Below are positions 46,134 through 55,433 of a stretch of 64,000 nt of DNA, piece after piece. Below the pieces are notes generated by a model that saw only the letters and a list, made by a program, of their open reading frames with translations, was not told the origin of the DNA and ran no database searches. The stretch comes from Micrococcaceae bacterium. GTDB lineage: Bacteria; Actinomycetota; Actinomycetes; Actinomycetales; Micrococcaceae. The first letter of the stretch is position 1, and each line of letters starts with the position of its first letter. The translations under genes were made by a program, and so were the position numbers. The stretch is taken from NCBI GenBank assembly GCA_047605865.1, contig JASGFC010000006.1, positions 145 through 64,144 on the forward strand, given 5' to 3'.

Positions 46134-48228
46134 TGACAAACTCACCAAGTATCTTGGAGATAAATCTGCAAAGGCCTTTAAAACTAATTTTGGCTATACT
46201 ACGGTTAAAGAGCTACTCAACCACTTCCCACGACGCTACGTTCAAAGAGGTGAACTTACTGCCCTTGATGAACTTCCACTTGATGAAGATGTTACCGTTG
46301 TTGCCACAGTAGTGAGCGTCAATACCCGTAGAATGCGCGCTCGTCGAGGAATCATCACAGAAGTGCTGCTTCACGGCGAAGATCAAACTGGACTTTTGAG
46401 CCTTACTTTCTTTAATCAATATGGTTTAGAAAATCGATTACCAGTAGGCGCTTTAGGGATGTTCTCTGGAAAGGTGAGTCAATACCAGGGGAAACTTACG
46501 CTTTCACACCCAGATTTTCAGCTCATTGATGAAGATGAAGATGTGGAAAAGCTTTCCACTCAACCAATGCCGCTATATCCAGCAAAGGCAAAATTAAGCA
46601 GTTGGATTATTCAACGTTCTATCAATGTGTTACTTGATACTATGCCAGCACATTTAGCTGACCCTTTAGACCAAAAGTTTAAGTTTCAACATAAACTTCT
46701 TTCTTTGCACGATGCATACATTGCTGTTCATCGTGGTGAAACTTTGAAGCAATGTTTAGCAGGGCAGCACCGCTTCCGCTTTGAGGAAGCTTTTTTAACT
46801 CAGCTAGCTTTAGTTAAACGTAAAGCAGATAATGCTCATCATCGTGCTACTAGCTATAAACCATATGCCGGCGGGTTAAAAACTGACTTTGATGAGAACT
46901 TACCTTTTAAGCTTACTGAGGAGCAGTTAAAAGTATCTGAAGAAATTGATCATGATTTGGCGCAAGAAGTACCTATGAATCGCCTGCTTCAAGGCGATGT
47001 GGGCTCTGGAAAAACCATCGTGGCTTTACGTGCAATGCTCAGCGTCATTGAAGCTGGCGGACAAGCTGTGCTACTTGCCCCAACTGAGGTTTTAGCTTCA
47101 CAACATTTCCAATCTGTTTATTCTTTGCTCGGTGAGTTGAATTTTAAAGGTGTTTCTCTTGCTTTGTTAACAGGTTCTATGTCTGCCAAAGAAAAGAAGA
47201 ACGTGCTACTTAATGTAGCTTCTGGGCAAACTAATCTTTTAGTTGCCACACATGCTGTGCTTTCTGAACAGGTAATGTTTGCTGATCTAGGGCTAGTTGT
47301 CATTGATGAGCAACATCGTTTTGGTGTGGATCAACGTGATGTGCTCCGGCAAAAAGGTCATGGGAAATATCCACATGTACTTGTCATGACTGCAACGCCA
47401 ATACCAAGGTCTGTTGCCATGACAATGTTTGGAGATTTAGAGATTTCTACGCTCAAAGGATTGCCTGCAGGTAGAGCTCCTATTGCAACTCATGTAGTTA
47501 ATTTGACACAGAAACCACATTGGGCAACTCGTATCATTGAGCGAATGCAAGAAGACCTTAATCAAGGCCATCAAGTGTATGTTGTCTGTTCTCGAATTGG
47601 CGATGAAGAAACTTCCAGTGATCGGTACTCAGTATTGGATTTTACTGAGGTGCTGTCGCAGAATCTGCCTCATGCTAGCGTTGCCATGTTGCATTCTAGA
47701 TTAGACACAGACATCAAAGATCGCACGATGGCACAGTTTGTTGCTGGAAAGGTAGATGTCTTGGTATCTACAACCATCATTGAAGTAGGCGTTGACGTAG
47801 CTAATGCCACCATGATGGTGATTATGGATGCAGATAGCTTTGGTGTATCCCAATTACATCAATTACGAGGCAGAATTGGCCGTGGCAGATTGCCTGGTTT
47901 GTGTCTTTTAGTGACTCGAGTGGAACCTGGACATGAAAGCTTAGAAAGATTAAAAGCTGTTGAAAGCACAACGGATGGTTTTAAACTTTCATTACTGGAC
48001 CTTGAGTTAAGGCGTGAAGGTGATGTTTTAAGTGCACAACAATCAGGGGGAGCCAAAACGTTAAAACTGCTTAAGGTAACTCAACACACTAAACTCTTAG
48101 AGGAAGCAAGAGAAGCTGCTCAAGAACTGATTGATGAAGATCCAACTTTAGAACACCATCGAGCCTTAACAGTGGCTTTAGCAGAATTTCTAGATTCTGA
48201 CACAGAAGAGTACTTGGAGAAAAGCTGA
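46084..48228 (+). CDS. recG: ATP-dependent DNA helicase RecG
   Basis: Wedge/OB domain then SF2 motifs GDVGSGKT, DEQHRFG and QLHQLRGRIGRG. Start may be ATG 46105. Confidence 0.95.
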   Translation: MMDKVSKMRGGNISFLDDKLTKYLGDKSAKAFKTNFGYTTVKELLNHFPRRYVQRGELTALDELPLDEDVTVVATVVSVNTRRMRARRGIITEVLLHGEDQTGLLSLTFFNQYGLENRLPVGALGMFSGKVSQYQGKLTLSHPDFQLIDEDEDVEKLSTQPMPLYPAKAKLSSWIIQRSINVLLDTMPAHLADPLDQKFKFQHKLLSLHDAYIAVHRGETLKQCLAGQHRFRFEEAFLTQLALVKRKADNAHHRATSYKPYAGGLKTDFDENLPFKLTEEQLKVSEEIDHDLAQEVPMNRLLQGDVGSGKTIVALRAMLSVIEAGGQAVLLAPTEVLASQHFQSVYSLLGELNFKGVSLALLTGSMSAKEKKNVLLNVASGQTNLLVATHAVLSEQVMFADLGLVVIDEQHRFGVDQRDVLRQKGHGKYPHVLVMTATPIPRSVAMTMFGDLEISTLKGLPAGRAPIATHVVNLTQKPHWATRIIERMQEDLNQGHQVYVVCSRIGDEETSSDRYSVLDFTEVLSQNLPHASVAMLHSRLDTDIKDRTMAQFVAGKVDVLVSTTIIEVGVDVANATMMVIMDADSFGVSQLHQLRGRIGRGRLPGLCLLVTRVEPGHESLERLKAVESTTDGFKLSLLDLELRREGDVLSAQQSGGAKTLKLLKVTQHTKLLEEAREAAQELIDEDPTLEHHRALTVALAEFLDSDTEEYLEKS

Positions 48229-48779
48229 TGCGCATTATTTCAGGAACTGCTGGAGGTTTTCGGCTTAAAACTTTGTCAGGACCACATACCAGACCGACAA
48301 CAGATAAAGTGAAAGAAGCACTTTTTTCAAAACTTTCTAGCTATAACATGCTAGTTGATGCAGTTGTCGTTGATCTTTTTGCCGGTTCTGGCGCACTTGG
48401 TTTAGAAGCTGCTAGTAGGGGAGCAAAGCGCGTGGATTTTGTTGAAAAAAACCACGCTGCTGCAAGTATTGTTCAGCATAATATTGACAGTGTTTCTCAC
48501 AACGTAGAAACTGAGCTTACTCTTTATGAGCAGAGTGCTTTATCTTTTTTGAAGACAGCACAGGGCAGTTACGATCTTATGTTTATAGATCCGCCTTATC
48601 AAGAGCAAAATCTTAAAAAGTATTTAGAAGCAACAACCCCATTGCTTGAAACTCATTCTTTGCTTGTTGTTGAGCGTTCGGTACGTTCTAGAGAGCTCAT
48701 TATCCCTAATGATTTGAAAGTACTTGAAGTAAAAAAATATGGTGAAACAGAGTTGGTCTTTCTTGAATTAAAAGTTTGA
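48228..48779 (+). CDS. rsmD: 16S rRNA (guanine966-N2)-methyltransferase
   Basis: RPTTDKVKEALF, DLFAGSGALGLEAASRGA and DPPY motifs. Confidence 0.9.
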   Translation: MRIISGTAGGFRLKTLSGPHTRPTTDKVKEALFSKLSSYNMLVDAVVVDLFAGSGALGLEAASRGAKRVDFVEKNHAAASIVQHNIDSVSHNVETELTLYEQSALSFLKTAQGSYDLMFIDPPYQEQNLKKYLEATTPLLETHSLLVVERSVRSRELIIPNDLKVLEVKKYGETELVFLELKV

Positions 48780-48879
48780 ACCTTCCTTATAAAGGGGTTT
48801 TTGTTTTTTAGATAAAGTGATAGAAAATGAGAGAGAACAATATGTTGTACAAAATTTTAGCGCGCAAAGGAACTTCACG

Positions 48880-49350
48880 ATGACTCACGTAGTATGCCCA
48901 GGATCCTTCGATCCAATGCATAAAGGCCACTTAGACGTTGTTGAGCGTGCTGCAAAACTTTTTGATACAGTAACGGTACTTGTTGCTACAAATACGAATA
49001 AAAAGTATCTATTTAGCCTAGATGAACGTGTATCTTTGTGCAAAAAATACGTTGGAGACTTAGATAACGTCACAGTAGATGTTTTGGGTAATTCTTTGTT
49101 AGCAGATTATTGCAAAGAGCACGATGCAGCTTTGGTTAAAGGTGTTCGCAATGGTTCAGATTTTGAATATGAAGTACCGATGTCCACCATCAATGCAGAA
49201 CTTTCTGGTGTTGAAACCGTATTTTTAGCCAGCGCAGCAGATGTTATTCATATTTCTTCGACTATCGTCAAAGAAGTTAATTACTTTGGTGGAGATGTGT
49301 CTTCAATGGTAAATAGTGCTACAGTTCAAGCTTTAGAATCAAAGCGTTAA
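48880..49350 (+). CDS. coaD: Phosphopantetheine adenylyltransferase
   Basis: CPGSFDPMHKGHLDV nucleotidyltransferase motif. ATG 48880 after AAGGA (the ORF-track start 48817 is too long). Confidence 0.93.
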   Translation: MTHVVCPGSFDPMHKGHLDVVERAAKLFDTVTVLVATNTNKKYLFSLDERVSLCKKYVGDLDNVTVDVLGNSLLADYCKEHDAALVKGVRNGSDFEYEVPMSTINAELSGVETVFLASAADVIHISSTIVKEVNYFGGDVSSMVNSATVQALESKR

Positions 49351-49540
49351 TCCTCTTTGTTTGTACAACACCACTGGACTACTACGTAGAATTATGTGTA
49401 TACTCAAATAGAGTTAATGTATCTATTTGGTAACTATAGATTATTCCAAGAGTATAGCGAGCATTCTGCTGTTATACTTGGTGTATTGTAATCTTAGTTG
49501 ATTTTTAACACCACCAAACGTAATTTAAGGGGCATACTAC

Positions 49541-51028
49541 GTGATTAAAAAGGGTAATACACTTACCACTATTAGCGTCTTGGCTACGCTTTCCACTGGA
49601 GTTCCAGCTGTTGCTGATACTCTTGTGCAACCCCAAATTTCAAATGATTATACGCAGGCCAACACCGGACAAACTAGTACTGGGCTTAATGCTACTTCTC
49701 CTTTGCAAAACACTAGTACAAACTCTACAGTTCCTGCTACCTCTGGTACCACCAGTTCAACAGCAGGTACTCAAGCTACCCAACAACAGAACACTCCTGC
49801 AACTACTAGCGCTACTAATCAGCAGACGCAGTCAACAACTTCTAATCAACCGTTGCAAAATACTGCTACTCAAGCGCAGCCAACAACTTCTCCACAGACT
49901 TCCTCTACAACGCAAACTACTACATCACAAGCTACCACTAGTCTTTTAACTTGTTATCAGTATCACCTTGTTAATGGCGAGCTTCAATATACCTCTAATG
50001 TTCGGTATCAATGCCTTACTGGAGAAACTTCTGCAACTCCTCTTGAGATGCTCAATAACCCTGTTGCTATGAGTAGCTTGCCAACTACAGCTTTCACTGC
50101 TGAGGATATACAAACATCGTCAAGTATTGTAGATTCTACTTCTTCTTCTACAACAGTCGATACAGAAGAAATTGAAAATGCTACGAAAGATGGAAAACTC
50201 CTTGAAGATAAAGTAGGAAAAGGGGATGATTACCCTTTTAAAGTTTCTGGTTGTGAAAATGCAGTCAGTGGCACACTTATAGCTGAGTCTTCACCTTTAG
50301 GTACTTGGGTTTGCCAGTGTACAGACTTCGTGCTGTGGCGTTTGAACCAAGCTGCTGGTGGAGATGAAGATAACATTAAGTTCAAGAATACAAATTCAGA
50401 ACTTTATGCCTATGATTTCCCTAAAGCTTACAAAAATTATGAACAAGATACATCTCCTCGTGTAGGTGACGTTGCTGTTAAACTTGCTAACAGTAAGGGT
50501 GCTGGTGAGATGGGTCACGTTGCCTATGTCGTTAAGGTAGATAAAACCGAGAAGACTGTTACAGTTGAGCAGTACAACACTCCTACTGAGTCAAACAATA
50601 ATACTGGTTTGTCTTATTCAGAAGATGAGTACTCTATCGATGACTTTGACACTTACATCCATTTTGGCAAAAAAGCTGACGGTGAAGAAGAAACAGATTC
50701 TAGTGATAGCGATAGTTCTACTAGCACTGATACATCTACGTCTGATTCTTCTGATAGTTCCTCTGCGCCAGTTACTGAAAGTGGTTCTGTGTGGGATACT
50801 TTGGCTCAATGTGAATCAAGTGGCGATTGGTCTATTAACACCGGTAATGGCTTCTACGGTGGTCTTCAGTTTACAGCAGAAACTTGGAGTGAATTCGGTG
50901 GAGAGAAATATGCGGCTTCAGCCGAGCAAGCTACTCGTGATGAGCAGATTGATATTGCTAAGAAAGTTCAAGCTGCACAAGGCTGGAACGCTTGGCCAGC
51001 TTGTTCTGCAAAGCTAGCTCTGAGCTAG
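49541..51028 (+). CDS. Secreted CHAP-domain peptidoglycan hydrolase fused to a C-terminal Rpf (resuscitation-promoting factor) transglycosylase-like domain
   Basis: GTG start after AAGGGG. Signal peptide. S/T/Q-rich linker. CHAP (GDDYPFK, CQCTDFVLWRLN, GHVAYVV). Ser/Asp linker. Rpf core WDTLAQCESSGDWSINTGNGFYGGLQF ... GWNAWPAC. Confidence 0.88.
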   Translation: MIKKGNTLTTISVLATLSTGVPAVADTLVQPQISNDYTQANTGQTSTGLNATSPLQNTSTNSTVPATSGTTSSTAGTQATQQQNTPATTSATNQQTQSTTSNQPLQNTATQAQPTTSPQTSSTTQTTTSQATTSLLTCYQYHLVNGELQYTSNVRYQCLTGETSATPLEMLNNPVAMSSLPTTAFTAEDIQTSSSIVDSTSSSTTVDTEEIENATKDGKLLEDKVGKGDDYPFKVSGCENAVSGTLIAESSPLGTWVCQCTDFVLWRLNQAAGGDEDNIKFKNTNSELYAYDFPKAYKNYEQDTSPRVGDVAVKLANSKGAGEMGHVAYVVKVDKTEKTVTVEQYNTPTESNNNTGLSYSEDEYSIDDFDTYIHFGKKADGEEETDSSDSDSSTSTDTSTSDSSDSSSAPVTESGSVWDTLAQCESSGDWSINTGNGFYGGLQFTAETWSEFGGEKYAASAEQATRDEQIDIAKKVQAAQGWNAWPACSAKLALS

Positions 51029-51124
51029 TAGTTTTCTTAACACTAGAACAAACACCTGTAATCCTAGTACACTAGTAGTGGGAGAAGTTTAATTTTTCTC
51101 ACGTACTTCTTTAAAGGATTACCC

Positions 51125-51889
51125 ATGATGAAGTGTAGTGTATTAGCAGTAGGCTTGGGTATCGTGAGTTCTTTTACAATACCTATACCAGCGTTGGGTG
51201 ATCTTACTATTGATTCGAGCGATGAAGATAATCCATTGATTCAAGCACTAGAGTTAAGACAAAAAAGAGAAGAACAAAAGCTTCAAAATATTTTTCACAT
51301 ACATCATGATGTTGTTCTTGAGCCTCAAATACCTGATACTCCAACTGCTAAAACAACTCCTAACACTACAGCAACGCACAAAGCAACCGCTACAGCTAAA
51401 GCTGTAGCTACTGTTCCTGGCCATGGAGATGATTACCCTTATAAGACATCGGCTTGTGTTAATGCACCAGAAGGAAGGGTTGTTGTGCAAGAATCTCCTC
51501 TGGGTACCTATATATGTCAGTGTACTGATTTCGTGTTGTGGCGTTTGAATCAAGCTGCAGGTGGAGATAGTAAGAATATTAAGTTTGTTAAGCCTAAGAC
51601 ATCGTTGAATGCCTATAATTTCCCTGGAGCTTTTGCAAATCATAAGCAAGATTCAGAACCACAACTTGGTGATGTCGCTGTCATGTTCCCAGGTAGTAAT
51701 GGTGCTACAAGCGCTGGGCATGTTGCGTATGTGGTCGCTGTGAATAAGTCAAAAGGTACAGTAACTGTTGAGCAGTACAATTGGGCAACAACTGAGAATA
51801 AAATGACTGGTCTATCTTATTCAAAGGTTGAGCATCCAAAAAATTATTACAGCACCTATATACATTTTGGTCTTCATCCTAAATCTTAG
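51125..51889 (+). CDS. Secreted CHAP-domain protein (paralogue of 49541-51028, no Rpf domain)
   Basis: Signal peptide. CHAP motifs GDDYPYK, CQCTDFVLWRLNQAAGGD and GHVAYVV. Clear nucleotide similarity to the upstream CHAP domain. Confidence 0.85.
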   Translation: MMKCSVLAVGLGIVSSFTIPIPALGDLTIDSSDEDNPLIQALELRQKREEQKLQNIFHIHHDVVLEPQIPDTPTAKTTPNTTATHKATATAKAVATVPGHGDDYPYKTSACVNAPEGRVVVQESPLGTYICQCTDFVLWRLNQAAGGDSKNIKFVKPKTSLNAYNFPGAFANHKQDSEPQLGDVAVMFPGSNGATSAGHVAYVVAVNKSKGTVTVEQYNWATTENKMTGLSYSKVEHPKNYYSTYIHFGLHPKS

Positions 51890-51957
51890 TGAACTTGCAT
51901 CCTGTTTTAATTCACTTCTAGTTCGTTTGCAGTTAACAGTATCGTATACTTGAAGCA

Positions 51958-52485
51958 ATGAGTAACTTTATCTTTGATGTTTCAGATTTACGAAAAAACG
52001 TTGGTACAACGTTTGAGGAAACAAAGCGGCTTCATGCCAACTCTGATATGGGTAACCCAATTATCTCTATTAAAGAAGGTTCTCCTATGAACCTGAATGT
52101 TGAGCTGGATTCGGTAACAGAAGGCATTTTTGCACAGTTTGTCCTACAAGCAGTTGCTAGTGGTGAATGTTCGCGATGCCTTGATCCACTGAAACAAACT
52201 ACTGAAGCTTCAGGAAATGCTATGTTTGAGTATCATGCCCAGGAGCAAGATGATGAGCAATATCTTGTTATAGATGATACAATTGACCTTGAACCTCTCG
52301 TGCGGGATACAGTAGTTACTCAACTTGCCTTTAATCCTGTATGCAAAGATGATTGTCTAGGTTTATGCTCAAGCTGCGGTTTCCGCATGGAAGAAGACCC
52401 GCAACATCATCATGAGGTAAAAGATCCACGTTGGTCGGCATTAGAGGGTTTGATCAACAACGAAAACAAGACTGAAGAGGACTAA
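51958..52485 (+). CDS. YceD/DUF177 family protein
   Basis: CSRCL ... CSSCG Cys pairs. Conserved position immediately upstream of rpmF. Confidence 0.85.
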   Translation: MSNFIFDVSDLRKNVGTTFEETKRLHANSDMGNPIISIKEGSPMNLNVELDSVTEGIFAQFVLQAVASGECSRCLDPLKQTTEASGNAMFEYHAQEQDDEQYLVIDDTIDLEPLVRDTVVTQLAFNPVCKDDCLGLCSSCGFRMEEDPQHHHEVKDPRWSALEGLINNENKTEED

Positions 52486-52487
52486 TT

Positions 52488-52691
52488 GTGGCTGTTCCAA
52501 AGCGTAAAATGTCTCGTTCTAACACTCGTTCACGCCGTTCACAGTGGAAAGCAAGCGCTCCAAAGCTTGTAAAGACTGTTGAAAATGGTCAGACTGTATA
52601 CAGTCGACCACACCAGGCAAAAGTTGTAGAAGATTCTGCTGGCACCCCATTGTATCTTGAATACAAAGGCCGTAAAGTAGCTGACATCTAA
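52488..52691 (+). CDS. rpmF: 50S ribosomal protein L32
   Basis: GTG start. [21 protein letters not shown]. Confidence 0.93.
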   Translation: MAVPKRKMSRSNTRSRRSQWKASAPKLVKTVENGQTVYSRPHQAKVVEDSAGTPLYLEYKGRKVADI

Positions 52692-52712
52692 GCTCGTTAC
52701 TTCGTAGAGCGT

Positions 52713-53402
52713 ATGACACAAAAACTTTTGAAGCGTCTTGGGGTAGATATTGATCCTGAGACGCTTTCTCTTGCCTTAACACACCGATCCTACTCTTATG
52801 AACACGGTGGAATCCCTCACAATGAACGTCTAGAGTTTCTTGGGGACTCTGTTCTTGGACTTTCCGTCACAGATCGGCTTTATCGTTCTTTCCCAGACTT
52901 AGCTGAAGGTGAACTAGCTAAGCGTAGATCTGCGGTTGTCAGTACTCAAGCTTTGGCTCAGATTGCCAAAGGAATTGATTTAGGCGAAAATATCAAGCTT
53001 GGTAAAGGCGAAGAAATGACTGACGGACGGCAAAAAGCATCAATTCTAGCTGACACCATGGAAGCTGTTATAGGAGCAGCTTATTTAAGCTGTGGGCCTG
53101 AAAAAGCTAAGGAATTAGTACTTCGCCTGACTCAACCTTTAATTGAAAATACGGAGCATCTCATGGCTTCGCTTGACTGGAAAACCAGTATTCAAGAATT
53201 TGCAAGCTCTCAACAGCTTGGAGAAGTTGATTACCACATTAAATCCACTGGACCTGATCATGCAAAAGCCTATGAGGCTGAAATATTTATAGCTGGTAAA
53301 AAAATCGCTACTGGTTCCGGTAGTTCTAAAAAAGAAGCTGAAAAAAATGCAGCTCAAGATGCCTGGAAACTTCTCAATAAAGATACAGAAACACAAAACT
53401 AA
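52713..53402 (+). CDS. rnc: Ribonuclease III
   Basis: Signature ERLEFLGDSVLG plus C-terminal dsRBD (GSGSSKKEAEKNAAQDA). Confidence 0.95.
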   Translation: MTQKLLKRLGVDIDPETLSLALTHRSYSYEHGGIPHNERLEFLGDSVLGLSVTDRLYRSFPDLAEGELAKRRSAVVSTQALAQIAKGIDLGENIKLGKGEEMTDGRQKASILADTMEAVIGAAYLSCGPEKAKELVLRLTQPLIENTEHLMASLDWKTSIQEFASSQQLGEVDYHIKSTGPDHAKAYEAEIFIAGKKIATGSGSSKKEAEKNAAQDAWKLLNKDTETQN

Positions 53403-53405
53403 TTC

Positions 53406-54215
53406 ATGCCAGAACTTCCTGAAGTCGAAACAATTAGACGTGGATTAGAACCTTGGGTTTTAAATCAGACTATCGCTGCAGTACAAATCCTAGATCAACG
53501 TTCTTTGAAAAGGCATGAAACCCCTGATTTCTCACACTTCCTTAAAGGTAAAACAATTGAAGGTGCACATAGGCGTGGAAAATATTTATGGCTGACTTTT
53601 AAACAGCAGAGTATTGCATTAGTAATTCATTTAGGCATGAGTGGACAACTTCTAATCCAAGCACCAGATAAAGCTATTAGTAAACATACGAAGATTATCT
53701 TGAGTTTAAGTAACAAGAAGCAATTACGTTTTGTTGATCAACGAATTTTTGGTGGCATGTTTCTTGATCAACTTCAGCAGGGTATTCCATGCAAAATACT
53801 GCACATTGCAGCAGACCCTTTAGCAAAGGGTTTTACTCCTCCTCAGGCTAAAAATAGAGCTATTAAGAGGCTACTACTAGACCAGTCTTGGGTCTCTGGG
53901 ATTGGTAATATTTATGCAGATGAATCCTTGTGGCGTGCCGGTATTAATTACAATACACCAGCCACGATGATTCCAGAAGACTCCTATAAAAAACTATGGG
54001 AAGCCATAAAAGAAGTACTTCAAGAAGCTATAAGTGCAGGTGGAACAAGTTTTGATGAACTTTATGTGAAAGTTAATGGAAACTCAGGATATTTTGACAG
54101 GAAACTCAATGTTTATGGCAGAGAAGATAGTGCGTGCGCTCATTGTGGAACAGCAATCGTGCGCGAAAAATTTATGAATCGTTCATCTTTCTTCTGTCCT
54201 CAATGTCAAAAGTAA
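53406..54215 (+). CDS. mutM: Formamidopyrimidine-DNA glycosylase
   Basis: N-terminal MPELPEVE, H2TH region, C-terminal zinc finger CAHCG ... CPQCQ. Confidence 0.93.
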   Translation: MPELPEVETIRRGLEPWVLNQTIAAVQILDQRSLKRHETPDFSHFLKGKTIEGAHRRGKYLWLTFKQQSIALVIHLGMSGQLLIQAPDKAISKHTKIILSLSNKKQLRFVDQRIFGGMFLDQLQQGIPCKILHIAADPLAKGFTPPQAKNRAIKRLLLDQSWVSGIGNIYADESLWRAGINYNTPATMIPEDSYKKLWEAIKEVLQEAISAGGTSFDELYVKVNGNSGYFDRKLNVYGREDSACAHCGTAIVREKFMNRSSFFCPQCQK

Positions 54216-54251
54216 AGTTTTTAGAGTACAAATCATGGAATAATAAGAAAC

Positions 54252-55412
54252 ATGCATGAACTTCAACATCTTTTACCAGAAATTATTACTGCCCTCACTG
54301 CTTTAGTTGCCGGTGGTGGTGGCTACGCATGGTGGCGTTCCTCAAGTAAAAAGGAAGAATATCGTGAAGATGGCTCAACGCTTGTCGAGGAACGCCCAAA
54401 TGCTCAAGAAGCTGAATCAACAGGGCAGGGTATTGCACAAGAGCAGCAAGTTGAAGAGAAAAAGCCTCTTAGGCGGCTCTACGATTCTCCAGAACGGCTG
54501 GATACTCGACTAAAAAGATTACGTTATCGTCTTTCACGTTCCAATAGCGTTCTTGGAAAAGGACTTTTAGCTCTCTTATCTTCAGATAAAATTACCGAAG
54601 ATACTTGGGATGAGCTAGAAGAGAGCCTCTTATTGGCAGATGTGGGCGCTGATTCAAGTATTGAACTTGTTGATGGACTTCGCGAACAAGTCAGGGTTGA
54701 AGGAATAGAAAATCCGGAAGAACTACGTGGCATGCTGAAAACAGCACTGGTAAATTTAATTGACCCAAACTTGGATCGTTCACTCAAAATTGAAGGGCAC
54801 CCAGCTGTTGTTTTAGTTGTAGGTGTTAACGGCGTTGGTAAAACTACAACAGTAGGTAAGCTAGCTAGAATTTACGTTGCAGAAAATAAAAAAGTACTCT
54901 TAGGTGCAGCTGACACTTTCCGTGCTGCTGCAGCTCAGCAACTAACAACGTGGGGTCAACGAGTTGGCGTTGAAACAGTAACATCTATTAAAGAGCAAGG
55001 TGGCGATCCTGCTGCAGTAGCCTTTGAAACAGTTAAACGTGGTAAAGAAGAAGGCGATGATGTAGTGCTTATTGATACTGCCGGACGCTTGCAAAATAAA
55101 ACTGGTTTGATGGATGAGCTTGGCAAATTAAAACGAGTCATTGAAAAACAATCTGAACTAGATGAGGTCTTATTAGTCCTTGATGCAACTACAGGTCAAA
55201 ATGGTTTAACTCAAGCGAAAGTCTTTGCTGAAGTAGTTAATATTACTGGTATTGTGCTCACTAAGATGGATGGCACTGCAAAGGGCGGTATTGTGATACC
55301 AATTCAACGTGAGTTAGGGGTTCCAGTGAAATTAATTGGTTTAGGTGAGGGGCCAGATGATCTTGCCCCATTTGATCCAGAAAGCTTCGTGGACGCAATC
55401 TTAGAGCAGTAG
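54252..55412 (+). CDS. ftsY: Signal recognition particle receptor FtsY
   Basis: N-terminal TM plus acidic region. NG domain GVNGVGKTTT, DTAGR, TKMDGTAKGG. Confidence 0.95.
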   Translation: MHELQHLLPEIITALTALVAGGGGYAWWRSSSKKEEYREDGSTLVEERPNAQEAESTGQGIAQEQQVEEKKPLRRLYDSPERLDTRLKRLRYRLSRSNSVLGKGLLALLSSDKITEDTWDELEESLLLADVGADSSIELVDGLREQVRVEGIENPEELRGMLKTALVNLIDPNLDRSLKIEGHPAVVLVVGVNGVGKTTTVGKLARIYVAENKKVLLGAADTFRAAAAQQLTTWGQRVGVETVTSIKEQGGDPAAVAFETVKRGKEEGDDVVLIDTAGRLQNKTGLMDELGKLKRVIEKQSELDEVLLVLDATTGQNGLTQAKVFAEVVNITGIVLTKMDGTAKGGIVIPIQRELGVPVKLIGLGEGPDDLAPFDPESFVDAILEQ

Positions 55413-55433
55413 TTTTGATATTCTAGAGGTACT

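Noticed and set aside
49351-49540. Looked for a cyclic-di-AMP (ydaO/yuaA-type) riboswitch, which precedes rpf genes in other actinobacteria, upstream of the CHAP-Rpf gene.
   Set aside because: The 190-nt region is very AT-rich. I could not find the G/C-rich pseudo-twofold helices or conserved ACGGGG/CCCA-type cores by eye. A cmsearch with the Rfam model would be decisive. I do not claim it.
49611-49949. Alternative-frame ORFs within the CHAP-Rpf gene (49611-49949 and 50565-51017).
   Set aside because: They arise from low-complexity S/T/Q- and S/D-coding repeats. The annotated frame contains the signal peptide and the CHAP and Rpf motifs.
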